From contig CALRAJ010000001.1 in the NCBI GenBank assembly GCA_943350765.1, positions 16,873-80,872 on the forward strand: a DNA stretch of 64,000 nucleotides, read 5' to 3'. The first letter of the stretch is position 1, and each line of letters starts with the position of its first letter. The position numbers and the translations under genes were made by a program. Shown here piece after piece: positions 54,794-64,000 of this stretch. Below the pieces are notes generated by a model. That model did not search any database. It saw nothing but the letters and a program-made list of their open reading frames with translations, and was not told the DNA's origin. Source of the stretch: Candidatus Tayloriibacteriota bacterium. Its GTDB lineage: Bacteria; Patescibacteriota; Minisyncoccia; Phycocordibacterales; PALSA-1337.

Positions 54794-56671
54794 ATGATAA
54801 AACCCATATATTTTATGAATCTAGACAAAGAATCATTACTCAAAAAATTGCGAGAGCATATTTTTTCAATACAAACACAGATTGCAATAATTCGTGATGA
54901 CTTGCTCATTATTGGCAACAAAAGTATAGGGGAAGTCCGTTCTCTGGCAGTAGAAGATCGGATGACACATTGGCAGATAACATATTATAAGGACCAGCGT
55001 ATAGAAGAGCTTCGTCAGCTAAATCTCTCGCCTTATTTTATAAAATGTGAGATACAATACGAGGGCAGTGATGAAATAAAAATTGTGTATTTCAGTAAAT
55101 TTCAGCTTATCGAGCAGTCTATATATTCTTGGATTGCACCTGTATCTACGGTGCGTTTTGAAAAACCAGGACCATTTACTTTTAGATTACCTGACGGACG
55201 AAAGAGGACAGGAACACTTTTATCAAAAGACCAATATCTCATAGTAGACGGTAAACCAGTTTTTTTTGCAACCGAGTCACTTTTATACCCGCGTACACTT
55301 GTTTATCAAGAACACTTTTCTACAAAGAAACAGGGTTTTGTTTTGCCAGAAATTGTGGAATTAATGGAAAAAACACAAGATCAGGTGATCCGTGTGTCCG
55401 GAAAAGGTTCCCTCGTAGTCGGTGGACCAGCTGGGTCAGGAAAGACAACTCTTGCACTACATCGCATCGCATATCTCTTGCAGTCACCAGATACGGCTAG
55501 GCTATATGATCCAAGCACTATTTGTATATTGGTGCAGGATATAGGCTCCAAAAAGTATTTCTCAGGTCTCTTGCCAGAACTTGGTATAAAATATGTTCAG
55601 ATAAATACTTTTTCTGAATGGGCTATGGCTATTCTCGGTTTAGGTCAGGAAATAAAATATGTCCATAGTTATGATCATCAAGGGGCTGATGTGTATGTCT
55701 ATGAGCAGAAAAAACTCGAATTCCTGCGGGCAAATAGTATAGCAATAAATACAAAATTACCTTTTGTGTATCTTGAACGAAAATACAAGGATTATTTTTC
55801 AGAACGAGAGATGGCTATATTTTTAGAACAGAAAAAGCATGGCGTGATTGATAGGATAGACCTCACTATTTTGCTGACTAAATTCTTTGAGAAAAATGGT
55901 AGTTTTTCTACTACCGAAAAGAGAACAGTCTACACAGAAGCTGGGACTCTCGTATCACGAACTCGTAAAAAGAAGATAGCCCACTCACTTATCCTTGTTG
56001 ATGAGTTTCAAAACTACTTACCCGAACAGCTTGCACTTTTAAAACTAGCTTTGGACTCGGAAAATGGCTCAATGCTTTACATCGGTGATCTTGCCCAGCA
56101 AACACGACTAGGGTCAATACGAAATTGGAATGAGATAGGGGAAGAAATCCCAGCCGAGCGAAACATTTGTCTGCACAAAGTTTATCGAAACACAAAACAA
56201 ATTCTAAAATACATTAGAGAAGTTGGTTTCGAGGTCGTAATTCCAAACGAGATAAAAGAGGGAAGTGTGGTGGTGGAAAAAGTACTACAAACCGCGCAGG
56301 AGGAAGTCGAGTATGTTATTTCGGTACTAAAAGATGTAAAATTTGCCTCAGTCGGTATACTTGCAAAAAATAAGGAATATCTTGAAATGTTCAGAACAGC
56401 TTTTGTGGGTCAAATGGAAATACATATTTTGTCTATTCACGAAGCTCAGGGGCTTGAGTTCGAATGTGTATTTTTGGTAGGTGTAGGTTATTTCGATGTG
56501 GGTTATATACAGGAATATAAGGAGTCTCTTCGGGTCGAGGTTAAAAAGATCTATAAGGATTTGTTGTACATTGGCTTGACCCGATCAATGTCTATTTTAC
56601 ATGTACTAGGTGATAGGAAACTCTCGGAGGTATTTCATGGATTTTCGATTGGAGGTGGGACTCTTGAGTAA
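54794..56671 (+). CDS. UvrD-family DNA helicase, HelD-like
   Basis: Walker A (GGPAGSGKTTLALHRIAYLL), motif II (LVDEFQNY), motif III (GDLAQQ) and motif V/VI (IHEAQGLEFECVFLVG) are present. Confidence 0.7.
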   Translation: MIKPIYFMNLDKESLLKKLREHIFSIQTQIAIIRDDLLIIGNKSIGEVRSLAVEDRMTHWQITYYKDQRIEELRQLNLSPYFIKCEIQYEGSDEIKIVYFSKFQLIEQSIYSWIAPVSTVRFEKPGPFTFRLPDGRKRTGTLLSKDQYLIVDGKPVFFATESLLYPRTLVYQEHFSTKKQGFVLPEIVELMEKTQDQVIRVSGKGSLVVGGPAGSGKTTLALHRIAYLLQSPDTARLYDPSTICILVQDIGSKKYFSGLLPELGIKYVQINTFSEWAMAILGLGQEIKYVHSYDHQGADVYVYEQKKLEFLRANSIAINTKLPFVYLERKYKDYFSEREMAIFLEQKKHGVIDRIDLTILLTKFFEKNGSFSTTEKRTVYTEAGTLVSRTRKKKIAHSLILVDEFQNYLPEQLALLKLALDSENGSMLYIGDLAQQTRLGSIRNWNEIGEEIPAERNICLHKVYRNTKQILKYIREVGFEVVIPNEIKEGSVVVEKVLQTAQEEVEYVISVLKDVKFASVGILAKNKEYLEMFRTAFVGQMEIHILSIHEAQGLEFECVFLVGVGYFDVGYIQEYKESLRVEVKKIYKDLLYIGLTRSMSILHVLGDRKLSEVFHGFSIGGGTLE

Positions 56672-56755
56672 TTAGTGTTTTTACAGTATTGTTTACGGTA
56701 CCGGGATAATAGTTGTGTTACTAGGAGGGTGTAGTAAGATTGAAATATATAATAT

Positions 56756-56826
56756 TGCGGGATCGTCTAATGGTCGGACATACGCCTTTGAAGCGTAGAA
56801 TTTTGGTTCGATTCCAAGTCCCGCAG
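56756..56826 (+). tRNA. tRNA-Gln, anticodon TTG
   Basis: The sequence folds manually into a cloverleaf. The acceptor stem is TGCGGGA/TCCCGCA with a U1:A72 pair, as in E. coli tRNA-Gln. The D-stem is GTCT/GGAC, the anticodon stem is TACGC/GCGTA with loop CTTTGAA, and the T-loop is TTCGATT. A TATAAT box lies just upstream, and CCA is not encoded. Confidence 0.7.
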
Positions 56827-56985
56827 CCGATTTTTAAGCGTAAAAATCGCGTCGAAATTACCAAATATTCGGCGTAGACTAAATAGCGTTTTTACAAAAA
56901 GACCTACCACTTTTATTCGTGAGAGCCATTGATGTCAAAGAATGGTGGCTGACCCCAGTATTAGTTAACATACTATAATCAATCC

Positions 56986-57312
56986 ATGTCTGAATTAGAA
57001 CCGTTACCTGAAATGGGAGAACAAAAACCTGATTACTCAGAATATATAGCCTGTGCTAGGGAATTGTCTGAAAGAAAAGAAAAGTTTACATTTCCAGGAC
57101 TTAATCCAGAATACTATGTGCAATTAAAATCATCAGAGGTGGATTTTCCAGGGTTTACAACACCTATCGATGAATTGATTGCACAATTACAAACTTCAGG
57201 TATGAAAGTTGTTTCTGGTCCAAATCCAGACAGTGGAAATATATACATACTACCATTTGATAGCACTGACATTAGTATGGACTCCCTGTTTCCAAGACAT
57301 CTTGATATTTAA
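56986..57312 (+). CDS. hypothetical protein, 108 aa
   Basis: A TATAAT box lies 10 nt upstream of the ATG. The product is acidic. No family was recognised. Confidence 0.45.
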   Translation: MSELEPLPEMGEQKPDYSEYIACARELSERKEKFTFPGLNPEYYVQLKSSEVDFPGFTTPIDELIAQLQTSGMKVVSGPNPDSGNIYILPFDSTDISMDSLFPRHLDI

Positions 57313-57394
57313 GCAGACATGGATCCACGACTTGCACAGTTGATACGCTTTGATATAGATAGAAAAGTCAGACATTCTTAATTTACATGCAAGT

Positions 57395-57676
57395 ATGAAT
57401 ACAGAACTATATTATACCTACATACTCGAGTGTAACGATAAGACTTTATATGTTGGTTTTACCAATGATTTAGAAAAGCGTGTTCATCAACATAATAATT
57501 CTAAAAATGGTGCACATTATACTAAAATCCGCCGACCTGTGGTGCTTAAATATTCCGAAACATACAAAACCTTTTCTGAGGCACGCAAGCGGGAAGAGGA
57601 GTTAAAAAACTGGACAAGAGAGAGGAAAATCTCGTTAATTAGTGGTAAATCAAAAGATACTGTGTCTCGAAACTAG
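57395..57676 (+). CDS. GIY-YIG nuclease-domain protein (UPF0213/YhbQ-like)
   Basis: Contains the GIY-YIG motifs YTYILECNDKTLYVGFTNDLEKRVHQHN ... ARKREEELKNW. Confidence 0.75.
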   Translation: MNTELYYTYILECNDKTLYVGFTNDLEKRVHQHNNSKNGAHYTKIRRPVVLKYSETYKTFSEARKREEELKNWTRERKISLISGKSKDTVSRN

Positions 57677-57904
57677 TTTTGCTAAACTAAGTATCTTTGC
57701 TACCCTTATGTCACGAGGCTTCGAATCCTGCTGGGCAGGAATTTCTCGACCTACAGTCGCAGTACAGGTTGTCGATATTTTGTTTCGAAAACTCACAAAA
57801 TATCTGGCAACCTTTTCGAATCCTGACGAAAGCCGTCTCCACGGCTTTCTCTCGCGGAGCCGCAAAAATATAAAGTTCCCAAAAGGGGCAGTTATTTTTA
57901 TCGG

Positions 57905-57977
<73 letters not shown>

Positions 57978-58109
57978 ATATTTATTATTTGTAATACTTA
58001 ACCACGCACCATAATTTTAGAGCTCCTGAGCTACCAAAACATCTCTCCAACACCTCATATACTACCCAAAAAGTACTAAAAAGTAAACAAGACTGGTATT
58101 ATAGTAATT

Positions 58110-58328
58110 ATGTATATAAAAGTAAGGGTACTAGCCGATGCTAAAAAAGAGATATTTCATGAGGTGAGCCCAGATCATTTTAGAGTTTCTGTATGCGAGC
58201 CAGCCGAGCAAAATAGGGCAAATCGTCGCGTTATCGCCATCTTTGAGGAGCATTTTGATGTGTGTGGAATTCGTCTCATAAGCGGACATCATTCGCCCTC
58301 AAAAATTCTTAGTATTCCAGAAAAATAA
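58110..58328 (+). CDS. DUF167 (YggU-like) family protein
   Basis: The pattern KVRVLADAKKE...PAEQNRANRRVIAIFEEHF...IRLISGHHSPSK matches the YggU/UPF0235 pattern (PKASRD...PPVDGQAN..L.KFL...F...V.I..G..SR.K). Confidence 0.55.
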   Translation: MYIKVRVLADAKKEIFHEVSPDHFRVSVCEPAEQNRANRRVIAIFEEHFDVCGIRLISGHHSPSKILSIPEK

Positions 58329-58381
58329 GGTGTATAATGTAGTGGCAGAGGTTGAGTATTATTCGCTAACTACATACTTAT

Positions 58382-58756
58382 ATGCAAATCACCATAAAAG
58401 CTACCAACATTGAATTGACCGAGGCTATTAGAGAATATGTAAATAAAAAATTTGGTTCTATTTCAAAGTTTATTAAGAAGACTGACGAAAGTGCTCTTTG
58501 TAGGGTAGAGGTCGGCAAAATAACCAATCATCATAAAAAAGGTGATGTATTTCGTGCAGAAGGTAAACTTCATATTGCAGGAAAAGAGTTGTATGCTGTT
58601 TCCGAAAAAGAAGATTTGTTTTTTGCTATAGATGATGTAAAAGATGAAATTATTAGGGAATTACAGTCAACAAAGGAAAAAAAGATTGATATGATTCGTA
58701 GAGGTGGGGCGCGGATTAAAAATATGTTAAAGGGATTGTATGACTGGAGAAAGTAA
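58382..58756 (+). CDS. hpf: ribosome hibernation promoting factor (short HPF/RaiA type)
   Basis: The N-terminus MQITIKATNIELTEAIREYVNKKF matches the HPF/YfiA consensus MQLNITG.N.E.T.ALREYV..K. Confidence 0.8.
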   Translation: MQITIKATNIELTEAIREYVNKKFGSISKFIKKTDESALCRVEVGKITNHHKKGDVFRAEGKLHIAGKELYAVSEKEDLFFAIDDVKDEIIRELQSTKEKKIDMIRRGGARIKNMLKGLYDWRK

Positions 58757-58938
58757 AAATAACTTTTACAATTTTGATTTAAAACAAAAGATAAACTCCG
58801 GTTTGTGTATCGTTTTTCTGCTAGTGGCTACATTTTGGGTAGTACTTCAGTACTCAATAGCAAAGGCTTACGATATCGAACATTCGATGTCAGGTAAAAA
58901 TGCCGAGAGGTATAAATTGATGATAGGTGAGTAAACTA

Positions 58939-59144
58939 CCCCAAATTACTAAATGCGTTGAAGGCGTATCTTTTAAATGGACTTTCACATCAGTAGATGA
59001 TGTGTTCCTGTAGACGGCGCCAGACGGGAGCCGAGACTTGAGAGATTTTCTAGCAAGAAAATACTCGTGCCCCGTCTACAGGTGTCTATCCCTAACCGAT
59101 AGACCTTTAAAAGATATGCCGAGAAAGCATTTGGTAATTTGGGG
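58939..59144. repeat. MITE-like palindromic element, full length, + orientation
   Basis: The termini are CCCCAAATTACTAAATGCG...CATTTGGTAATTTGGGG. It carries the inner palindrome and the conserved core. Confidence 0.75.
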
Positions 59145-59152
59145 TAAACTAG

Positions 59153-60007
59153 CTACTTCTTTAAGAAGTCCGAGTACAGAATCTCCTTTCTAGCCTCGGG
59201 AATCACTTTTTTGATTATAAAAGTATTATCTACAAAGTCCGCATCGGTAATAATCACCCGAAGCTTCTTACCATCACTTTCTACAAAAAAATAGCTTGTC
59301 GGCCAACCCTTATACGCATGAAATTTAAGGTAGTTTGAACGATGATCGCCAGAAAGATCGATCAGGCCGTCTTCCTTTAATATTTTTTTGGTAAATGTAG
59401 CTTTGGTATGATCTTGATCAACCGTCTTTATGTCCCCAGCAATCCACGGGGTAATGTTTTTAGAAAGAAGTATTCCGCCTATTGTGCCCAGTAGTCTACC
59501 TAGAGCTTCTGCAGATGGAGGCCAGTTGGCGATATGTATTTTTTCTTGGGCAACTAGTGGACCATGATCCATTTGTGCGTCCATAAGCATAATACTGACA
59601 CCTGTCTCACGCCTATCTTCTAGTATTGCTGTTTCGAGTGGGGTTGCACCTCGAAGTAAAGGCAGTAGAGACGGGTGAACATTTAAGGTTTTATATTTGG
59701 GGATATCTAGGGCTCTTTGTGGAATGATTTTGCCGTATGAAGCCACTATGAAGAGATCACATTCAGTGGATCTGAGTCCATCACAAAAAGTATCGTCGAG
59801 CTTTTCTGGTGTCAGCGTGGGTATGCTATTTTTATCTGCCCAAACTTTTACTTCGGTCGGGGTCATCACGAGCTTTCTGCCTTTTGGTCTGTCTGGGGCA
59901 GTGATGATACAGGTAGGAATAAAACCAGCCTCTTTAAGTTTTTCCAGCACAATAACTGAAAAAAGCGAAGTTCCAAAGAAAGCGATTTTAGGGTTAAGGT
60001 TTTTCAT
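59153..60007 (-). CDS. fmt: methionyl-tRNA formyltransferase
   Basis: The N-terminus reads KIAFFGTSLFS. The formyltransferase core contains the catalytic motif NVHPSLLPLLRG and the C-terminal domain is present. The ORF extends to 60061; the start chosen is at the MKNLNPK methionine. Confidence 0.85.
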   Translation of the reverse strand: MKNLNPKIAFFGTSLFSVIVLEKLKEAGFIPTCIITAPDRPKGRKLVMTPTEVKVWADKNSIPTLTPEKLDDTFCDGLRSTECDLFIVASYGKIIPQRALDIPKYKTLNVHPSLLPLLRGATPLETAILEDRRETGVSIMLMDAQMDHGPLVAQEKIHIANWPPSAEALGRLLGTIGGILLSKNITPWIAGDIKTVDQDHTKATFTKKILKEDGLIDLSGDHRSNYLKFHAYKGWPTSYFFVESDGKKLRVIITDADFVDNTFIIKKVIPEARKEILYSDFLKK

Positions 60008-60512
60008 TGTTCTCGTGCGCTTCTCTGATATCTGTCGCGTGGTCAATAAACAGTATACCATTTAGATGATCTATTTCGTGCTGAAAGATTTGAGCTAAAA
60101 GACCACTTCCTCCTCGCTCAAATACTTCACCTTTTTCATTGTACGCACGGACAGTCGCCTTGGTTGAGCGAATTGTCTTGCCATAAAAATGTCTGACACT
60201 GAGACAGCCCTCCTCCATCTCAAGTTTATTTTTTGAAAGTTTAGTAATGACTGGATTGATAAAAATCAGGTCGTCTGGCTGATTTTTATCCCTTTTTAAA
60301 TCTTCAGTCAGTGCAAAACCAGCCACCACAAAAATCCGAAGGGATATCCCTATCTGTGGGGCAGCCAGAGCCACACCGTCTTTTTGTTTAGCAAGAGAGA
60401 CCTTCATATCTGCAAGTATTTTTTGTATACGAGGCGAGACAATATCCGAGATAGGGACTTCGGTGGCATTTTGTCTCAGTACAGCATCGTCTTTTTGGAC
60501 TATTGTAAGCAT
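59994..60512 (-). CDS. def: peptide deformylase
   Basis: The Def motifs G.A.PQIG, EGCLS and QHEIDHLNG are present. The def-fmt operon arrangement is conserved. Confidence 0.85.
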   Translation of the reverse strand: MLTIVQKDDAVLRQNATEVPISDIVSPRIQKILADMKVSLAKQKDGVALAAPQIGISLRIFVVAGFALTEDLKRDKNQPDDLIFINPVITKLSKNKLEMEEGCLSVRHFYGKTIRSTKATVRAYNEKGEVFERGGSGLLAQIFQHEIDHLNGILFIDHATDIREAHENNEKP

Positions 60513-60580
60513 GGATTGATTATAGTGAAAAATAGGTTTTGGGGCAAGTAATTGTTTTGCATTCTAGATATATTAGCGTC

Positions 60581-60625
60581 CAATGGCTCAACGGACACCG
60601 TTGAGCCATTCGTTGAGCCATTCCG
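60581..60625. repeat. tandem GGCTCAACGG hairpins (TGGCTCAACGGACACCGTTGAGCCA followed by TTCGTTGAGCCA)
   Basis: A perfect inverted repeat of the GGCTCAAC family lies between the convergent def and priA genes. Confidence 0.5.
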
Positions 60626-60678
60626 CCTAGACACGCCTATGTTTGGCTCTATTTGAGTGATTTTGGTTAAATTTCACC

Positions 60679-62598
60679 TTACAAAAGACTATCAGGATCG
60701 ACTTTTATACTAACACTCGGCGGGAGTGACTTGAGCTTGGCGAGGAGGTCGGGGTCGATCCATTTTCCACGGGGGAGTTTGATCAAGCCGTGTAGCACAT
60801 AGTTGCCTTTGACTGTGTGGGTAAAAGCAGGAAAAATATCTGCCACATGCGGAGTTAGGGTGTTTTGAATACTATCCATTTGAGCTACTATGGCATCACG
60901 CGACCCTTCCAGAGTAATTTTTATCAAGGTATTAAATGGTGGATAGTCAAATTGTTTCCGTGCCTCTATTTCTGTGCGATAAAAGTCGATAATATTGCCA
61001 CGCAGGGCGTATTCGAGTACCTTTTCCTCGGCGTTTCTAGTCTGCATGAGAAATATATTGCGTGTCATGTAGCGTATTTTTAAAAGTAGATAAAAAATCT
61101 TTTCACTAATACGAAAATCCGGTATCGAGAAAAGTGAATCAATAGAAATGATAGCTGAGTTTTCTATTTTTTCGTGCAGATAAGATAATGCCATTTCGGT
61201 ACCGAGGAGGATACTACCTGGTGATGAATAAAACTGGGCTATTGTATCGATTACCTTTTTTTCTGTTTTAGTGGTATCAGAGTCGATACGAAAAACTTTG
61301 ACTTCTGGAAAACGGTCTTTGATCTTTTGGTCGATGAGGTCAATACCGATGCCGACCGTGCCGAGCTTCCAGCTTCCGCAGACCTTACACATCTCCTCTG
61401 CACTCCGTCTCTCACCACAGCGATGGCATAGAAAAAAGTTTTGTGCCTCATCCTTGCCTTTATGGAGAGTGATAGAAGCACTACATTTTGTACAAGTAAC
61501 AATGTTTTGACAATCTCCGCAGACGGTAGATGGTGCGAGACCTCGGCGAGTAGAGAGGATAAAGAGATGCTCGCTGTTTTCGCGACTTTGCTCGATGAGC
61601 CGTTCTACTTCTGGACTGAGAATCTTGAAACTCGCCTGTGTGCCGTCTGGCTTCTTGTGTTTACGCATATCGATAAGCTCCTGCTTTGCGGTCGAAAGTG
61701 AGCGGAGGGTAAGGGGAGTAAGCTCGACTAGCTCACCGTTTTTGTGTCGCCAAATAGTTTCGGTACGGAGTGAGATATCTCCCATTACGAGCCGAGCGTG
61801 TATCCTTTCAGCAAAATATTCTGCAAAAGTGCGAATATCTAAAAAAGGTCTGGTTTGGATTTTGTATGATTTTGAGTTTTCTTTTTCGAGAATAATGGTG
61901 GCAATATCTGTACGGGGTATCGAGAGGAATGCACCTGTCGCAACAATGAGGATTGGGTGTGATAAATCTTGAAGCTGTTTCCAGATTTCGACAAAGGACT
62001 TTTTTGCAATACCACCATGAAGGACGATAGTGTACTTTTCGATACCTTTTTCGAGGGCTTTGGCTGAGATTTTTGCATCTTCGATAGTGGGGACGCAGAA
62101 AAAGACCGAGGACTTTTTGGCAAATTGTTCACGAATGAGGCTTCGGTAGTTTGCAAAACGGTCAGCATCATCGCCTTGGACGATATATTTTTCTTGGGGT
62201 TTGTGGGCGTGGATATCTACGGATATTTTAGTTTTTAATGAGGTGATATTTTCGAGAATGATTTTTGGAAGGAGGGTATAGAAAGATGCTCCAGCAGTAC
62301 CTGCAAAGTAGTCTGCAGTGTGGAGGACGCTCTCTACATATTCTGGGCGGAGGAACTGTTTGGCTCGGAGCGAGTCGACTTTTTTGACTGCAAAGTCAGA
62401 GGACTTTAGCTCGGATTTTAGCTCGCTGGCTTTTTGGCTTTCGACGACTATCGCAGGTACTATTTTTGACCGTATTGGTACAGACACGAGGGAACCAGGT
62501 ACCACTTCCTTGGCACTAAAATATGAGAGCGTTTCTTTGCCTATGCCTTTGGCAATAGGAATAACCTGCACGATGTACATCATACTAGTATACGCCAA
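60679..62598 (-). CDS. priA: primosomal protein N' (replication restart helicase)
   Basis: A Cys4 zinc-binding domain (CGDCQ...CTKCS...CHRCG...CKVCGS) sits within an SF2 helicase core. Confidence 0.85.
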   Translation of the reverse strand: MAYTSMMYIVQVIPIAKGIGKETLSYFSAKEVVPGSLVSVPIRSKIVPAIVVESQKASELKSELKSSDFAVKKVDSLRAKQFLRPEYVESVLHTADYFAGTAGASFYTLLPKIILENITSLKTKISVDIHAHKPQEKYIVQGDDADRFANYRSLIREQFAKKSSVFFCVPTIEDAKISAKALEKGIEKYTIVLHGGIAKKSFVEIWKQLQDLSHPILIVATGAFLSIPRTDIATIILEKENSKSYKIQTRPFLDIRTFAEYFAERIHARLVMGDISLRTETIWRHKNGELVELTPLTLRSLSTAKQELIDMRKHKKPDGTQASFKILSPEVERLIEQSRENSEHLFILSTRRGLAPSTVCGDCQNIVTCTKCSASITLHKGKDEAQNFFLCHRCGERRSAEEMCKVCGSWKLGTVGIGIDLIDQKIKDRFPEVKVFRIDSDTTKTEKKVIDTIAQFYSSPGSILLGTEMALSYLHEKIENSAIISIDSLFSIPDFRISEKIFYLLLKIRYMTRNIFLMQTRNAEEKVLEYALRGNIIDFYRTEIEARKQFDYPPFNTLIKITLEGSRDAIVAQMDSIQNTLTPHVADIFPAFTHTVKGNYVLHGLIKLPRGKWIDPDLLAKLKSLPPSVSIKVDPDSLL

Positions 62599-62683
62599 TT
62601 CGAGGATTTATGAAGGGAGTGGTTGAGGTTATGTAGAGTTATGCACTTAGTATAAAAACAAATGTGTGTAATCATGTAAGTAC

Positions 62684-63082
62684 ATGAAAAAAGAATATAA
62701 TGAGTGGCATAATAAAAAGAAAGTTTTAAATGAACGAAAAGATATAGACAATATATTTTTCCGTGTAAAAGAAGTTTGGTGGACGGCACTTGGGGTAAAT
62801 ATAGGCTTTGAGCAAGATGGAAAGGGTGAGGAGTTTCGCCGACCCGTTTTAATTTTAAAAAAGTTTAATAAATATGTGGTGCTTGTTGTTCCACTTACAA
62901 CTAAGATTAAGAAAGACAATAAATATTATGTGTCATGCTCTATTGCAAATGATGATATTTTGCGTATGGCAATTATCTCGCAAATTCGCCTGATAGATAC
63001 AAAAAGGTTTATTGATAAACTCGGCGTAGCGAGTGAGGATTCGTATATAAAAATCAAAAACGCGATTAAGGCTATGCTCTAA
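62684..63082 (+). CDS. mazF: MazF/PemK/EndoA-family endoribonuclease toxin with an approximately 20-25 aa N-terminal extension; no adjacent antitoxin gene
   Basis: The product aligns well with B. subtilis EndoA: FRVKEVWWTALGVNIGFEQDGKGEEFRRPVLILKK versus [29 protein letters not shown], and ISQIRLIDTKRFIDKLGVASEDSYIKIKNAIKAML versus [35 protein letters not shown]. Confidence 0.65.
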   Translation: MKKEYNEWHNKKKVLNERKDIDNIFFRVKEVWWTALGVNIGFEQDGKGEEFRRPVLILKKFNKYVVLVVPLTTKIKKDNKYYVSCSIANDDILRMAIISQIRLIDTKRFIDKLGVASEDSYIKIKNAIKAML

Positions 63083-63216
63083 TCGCGTTCTCGAATTTGT
63101 CTGATTCGTCTTGCAACGAACCGAGCCCGAAGGCCATTTGTACTCAAAGTATATGTCTTTGCGTAATAATAGTCAAGCTCTTGTTTTCTGAGTCAAAAAC
63201 AGGTATAATTGTAAAC

Positions 63217-63450
63217 ATGAATAAATTACTAGTCACTTTTTTGTTACTCGTTGGACTGTTGTCGGTCTCGACCTCAGTGGATGCACGGACGGTGCTTGTA
63301 AAAGGCTACTATAAGCCGAGTACTGGTGCTTATGTGATGCCACATTATAAAACTACACCGAACAAGACCAAGATTGATAATTTTTCTGCAAAGGGGAATT
63401 ATAATCCGTATACAGGGAAGAGTGGAGAGGTAGATCCTTATAAATCGTAA
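63217..63450 (+). CDS. small secreted protein, 77 aa, unknown function
   Basis: A signal-peptide-like N-terminus MNKLLVTFLLLVGLLSVSTSVDA is present. A TATAAT box lies 8 nt upstream. Confidence 0.4.
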   Translation: MNKLLVTFLLLVGLLSVSTSVDARTVLVKGYYKPSTGAYVMPHYKTTPNKTKIDNFSAKGNYNPYTGKSGEVDPYKS

Positions 63451-63451
63451 A

Positions 63452-64000
63452 TATGAAGAAACAATTTTTAGTTATAATTTTTTCGATAATCCTTATTCCA
63501 CAAATGGTCATGGCTTCTTGGTGGAACCCCACAACATGGAAAATATTTAATAAAACAAATCAACCCTCAGAAATTGACAGATTGAGAAGTGAGGTCGAAG
63601 AGTTAAAAAAGAAAACCGCTATATCCACTACAATCTCTATTGAAGCCCCTGCGTGCAAAGGATTTTTTTGCAATTCTGTTGTATCAAAACCAAGTACATC
63701 ATCCGATGCTCTTAAAAAGAATACACCTATAACAAAAATAACAAAACCAGTTGCTCCTGCTGGTTCAGTTAAACTTTCAAATGCACAAATAATCAAAAAA
63801 GTTAAACCAGCTACTGTTTACATTTCAACAGATGATGGTTCGGGAAGTGGGATGGTTTTTTCATCAGATGGGTATATCTTGACCAATGCCCACGTTGTCA
63901 AAGGAGTTAGTGGTGTAAGAGTTTCTCTGTCTACAGGCGAGATAATTGGTGGTACGGTTGTAGGTAGAGATGAAGAGGTTGATTTGGCGGTAATAAAATT
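63452..64000 (+). CDS. trypsin-like serine protease (HtrA/DegP S1C family), 5' portion; continues beyond the window
   Basis: An N-terminal TM is followed by the S1 catalytic His motif (ILTNAHVV). The ORF is open at the window end. Confidence 0.65.

Noticed and set aside
57716-57740. tRNA-Asn-like fragment as an intact + strand tRNA gene
   Set aside because: Only the T-loop and acceptor 3' portion matches. No T-stem, anticodon arm or 5' acceptor strand can be paired from the flanking sequence.

Overview
This 64 kb window has about 40% GC and is densely packed with short housekeeping genes on both strands. It looks like a compact, reduced bacterial genome, compatible with a Patescibacteria/CPR-like organism, but that lineage call is inference only.

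Recognisable genes:
- Aminoacyl-tRNA synthetases: trpS, aspS (archaeal-type size), proS (no editing domain) and hisS.
- Chromosome and envelope functions: scpA/scpB, mraY, mreB-mreC-(mreD-like)-mrdA, a MurE-like ligase, and a zwf-ftsW-murG cluster.
- Repair and replication: uvrB, uvrA, two UvrD-family helicases (one fused to a RecB-like nuclease), priA and a short dnaX.
- Other enzymes and factors: def-fmt, tgt, dus, hpf, rluB-like and LOG genes, two peptidyl-prolyl isomerases (cyclophilin and FKBP), DsbA, ZupT, an M28 peptidase, an orphan sensor histidine kinase and an orphan single-domain response regulator.
- Defence-type loci: a Type III restriction-modification locus (mod ... res) with two small unknown genes inserted between mod and res, a solitary MazF/PemK-family toxin gene, and a hicB/hicA-like pair next to a HEPN-like gene.
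- RNA genes: tRNA-Gln(TTG) on + and tRNA-Asn(GTT) on -. They flank a small GIY-YIG gene and tRNA-Asn 3'-end-like fragments.

No rRNA, CRISPR array, transposase, integrase or prophage genes were found.

The most unusual content is non-coding:
1. A roughly 200-250 bp MITE-like palindromic element with terminal inverted repeats (CCCCAAATTAC...GTAATTTGGGG) and a roughly 45 bp core conserved in every copy. There are 5 full and 2 short copies, all intergenic.
2. Several families of short intergenic hairpin modules that fill almost every intergenic gap: GGCTAAAC-N-GTTTAGCC, GGCTCAACGG-N-CCGTTGAGCC, TGGCTCTGTAGAGCCA and CCCCGAAAAT-N-ATTTTCGGGG.
3. A roughly 230-270 bp GC-rich, highly structured element present twice in inverted orientation about 26.6 kb apart (18688-18954 and 45586-45812), with similar flanking hairpin modules.
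4. A probable T-box leader with a GAC specifier and a UGGC bulge upstream of aspS.
5. A recurring extended -10 box, TGCTATA(C/A)T, placed 7-16 bp before start codons. This suggests leaderless or very short-leader transcripts.

A GC-rich (about 50%) unknown gene at 26481-27488 and an ORF-free GC-rich 450 bp gap at 35661-36107 are compositional outliers. All coordinates read from the printed sequence may be off by 1-2 nt.
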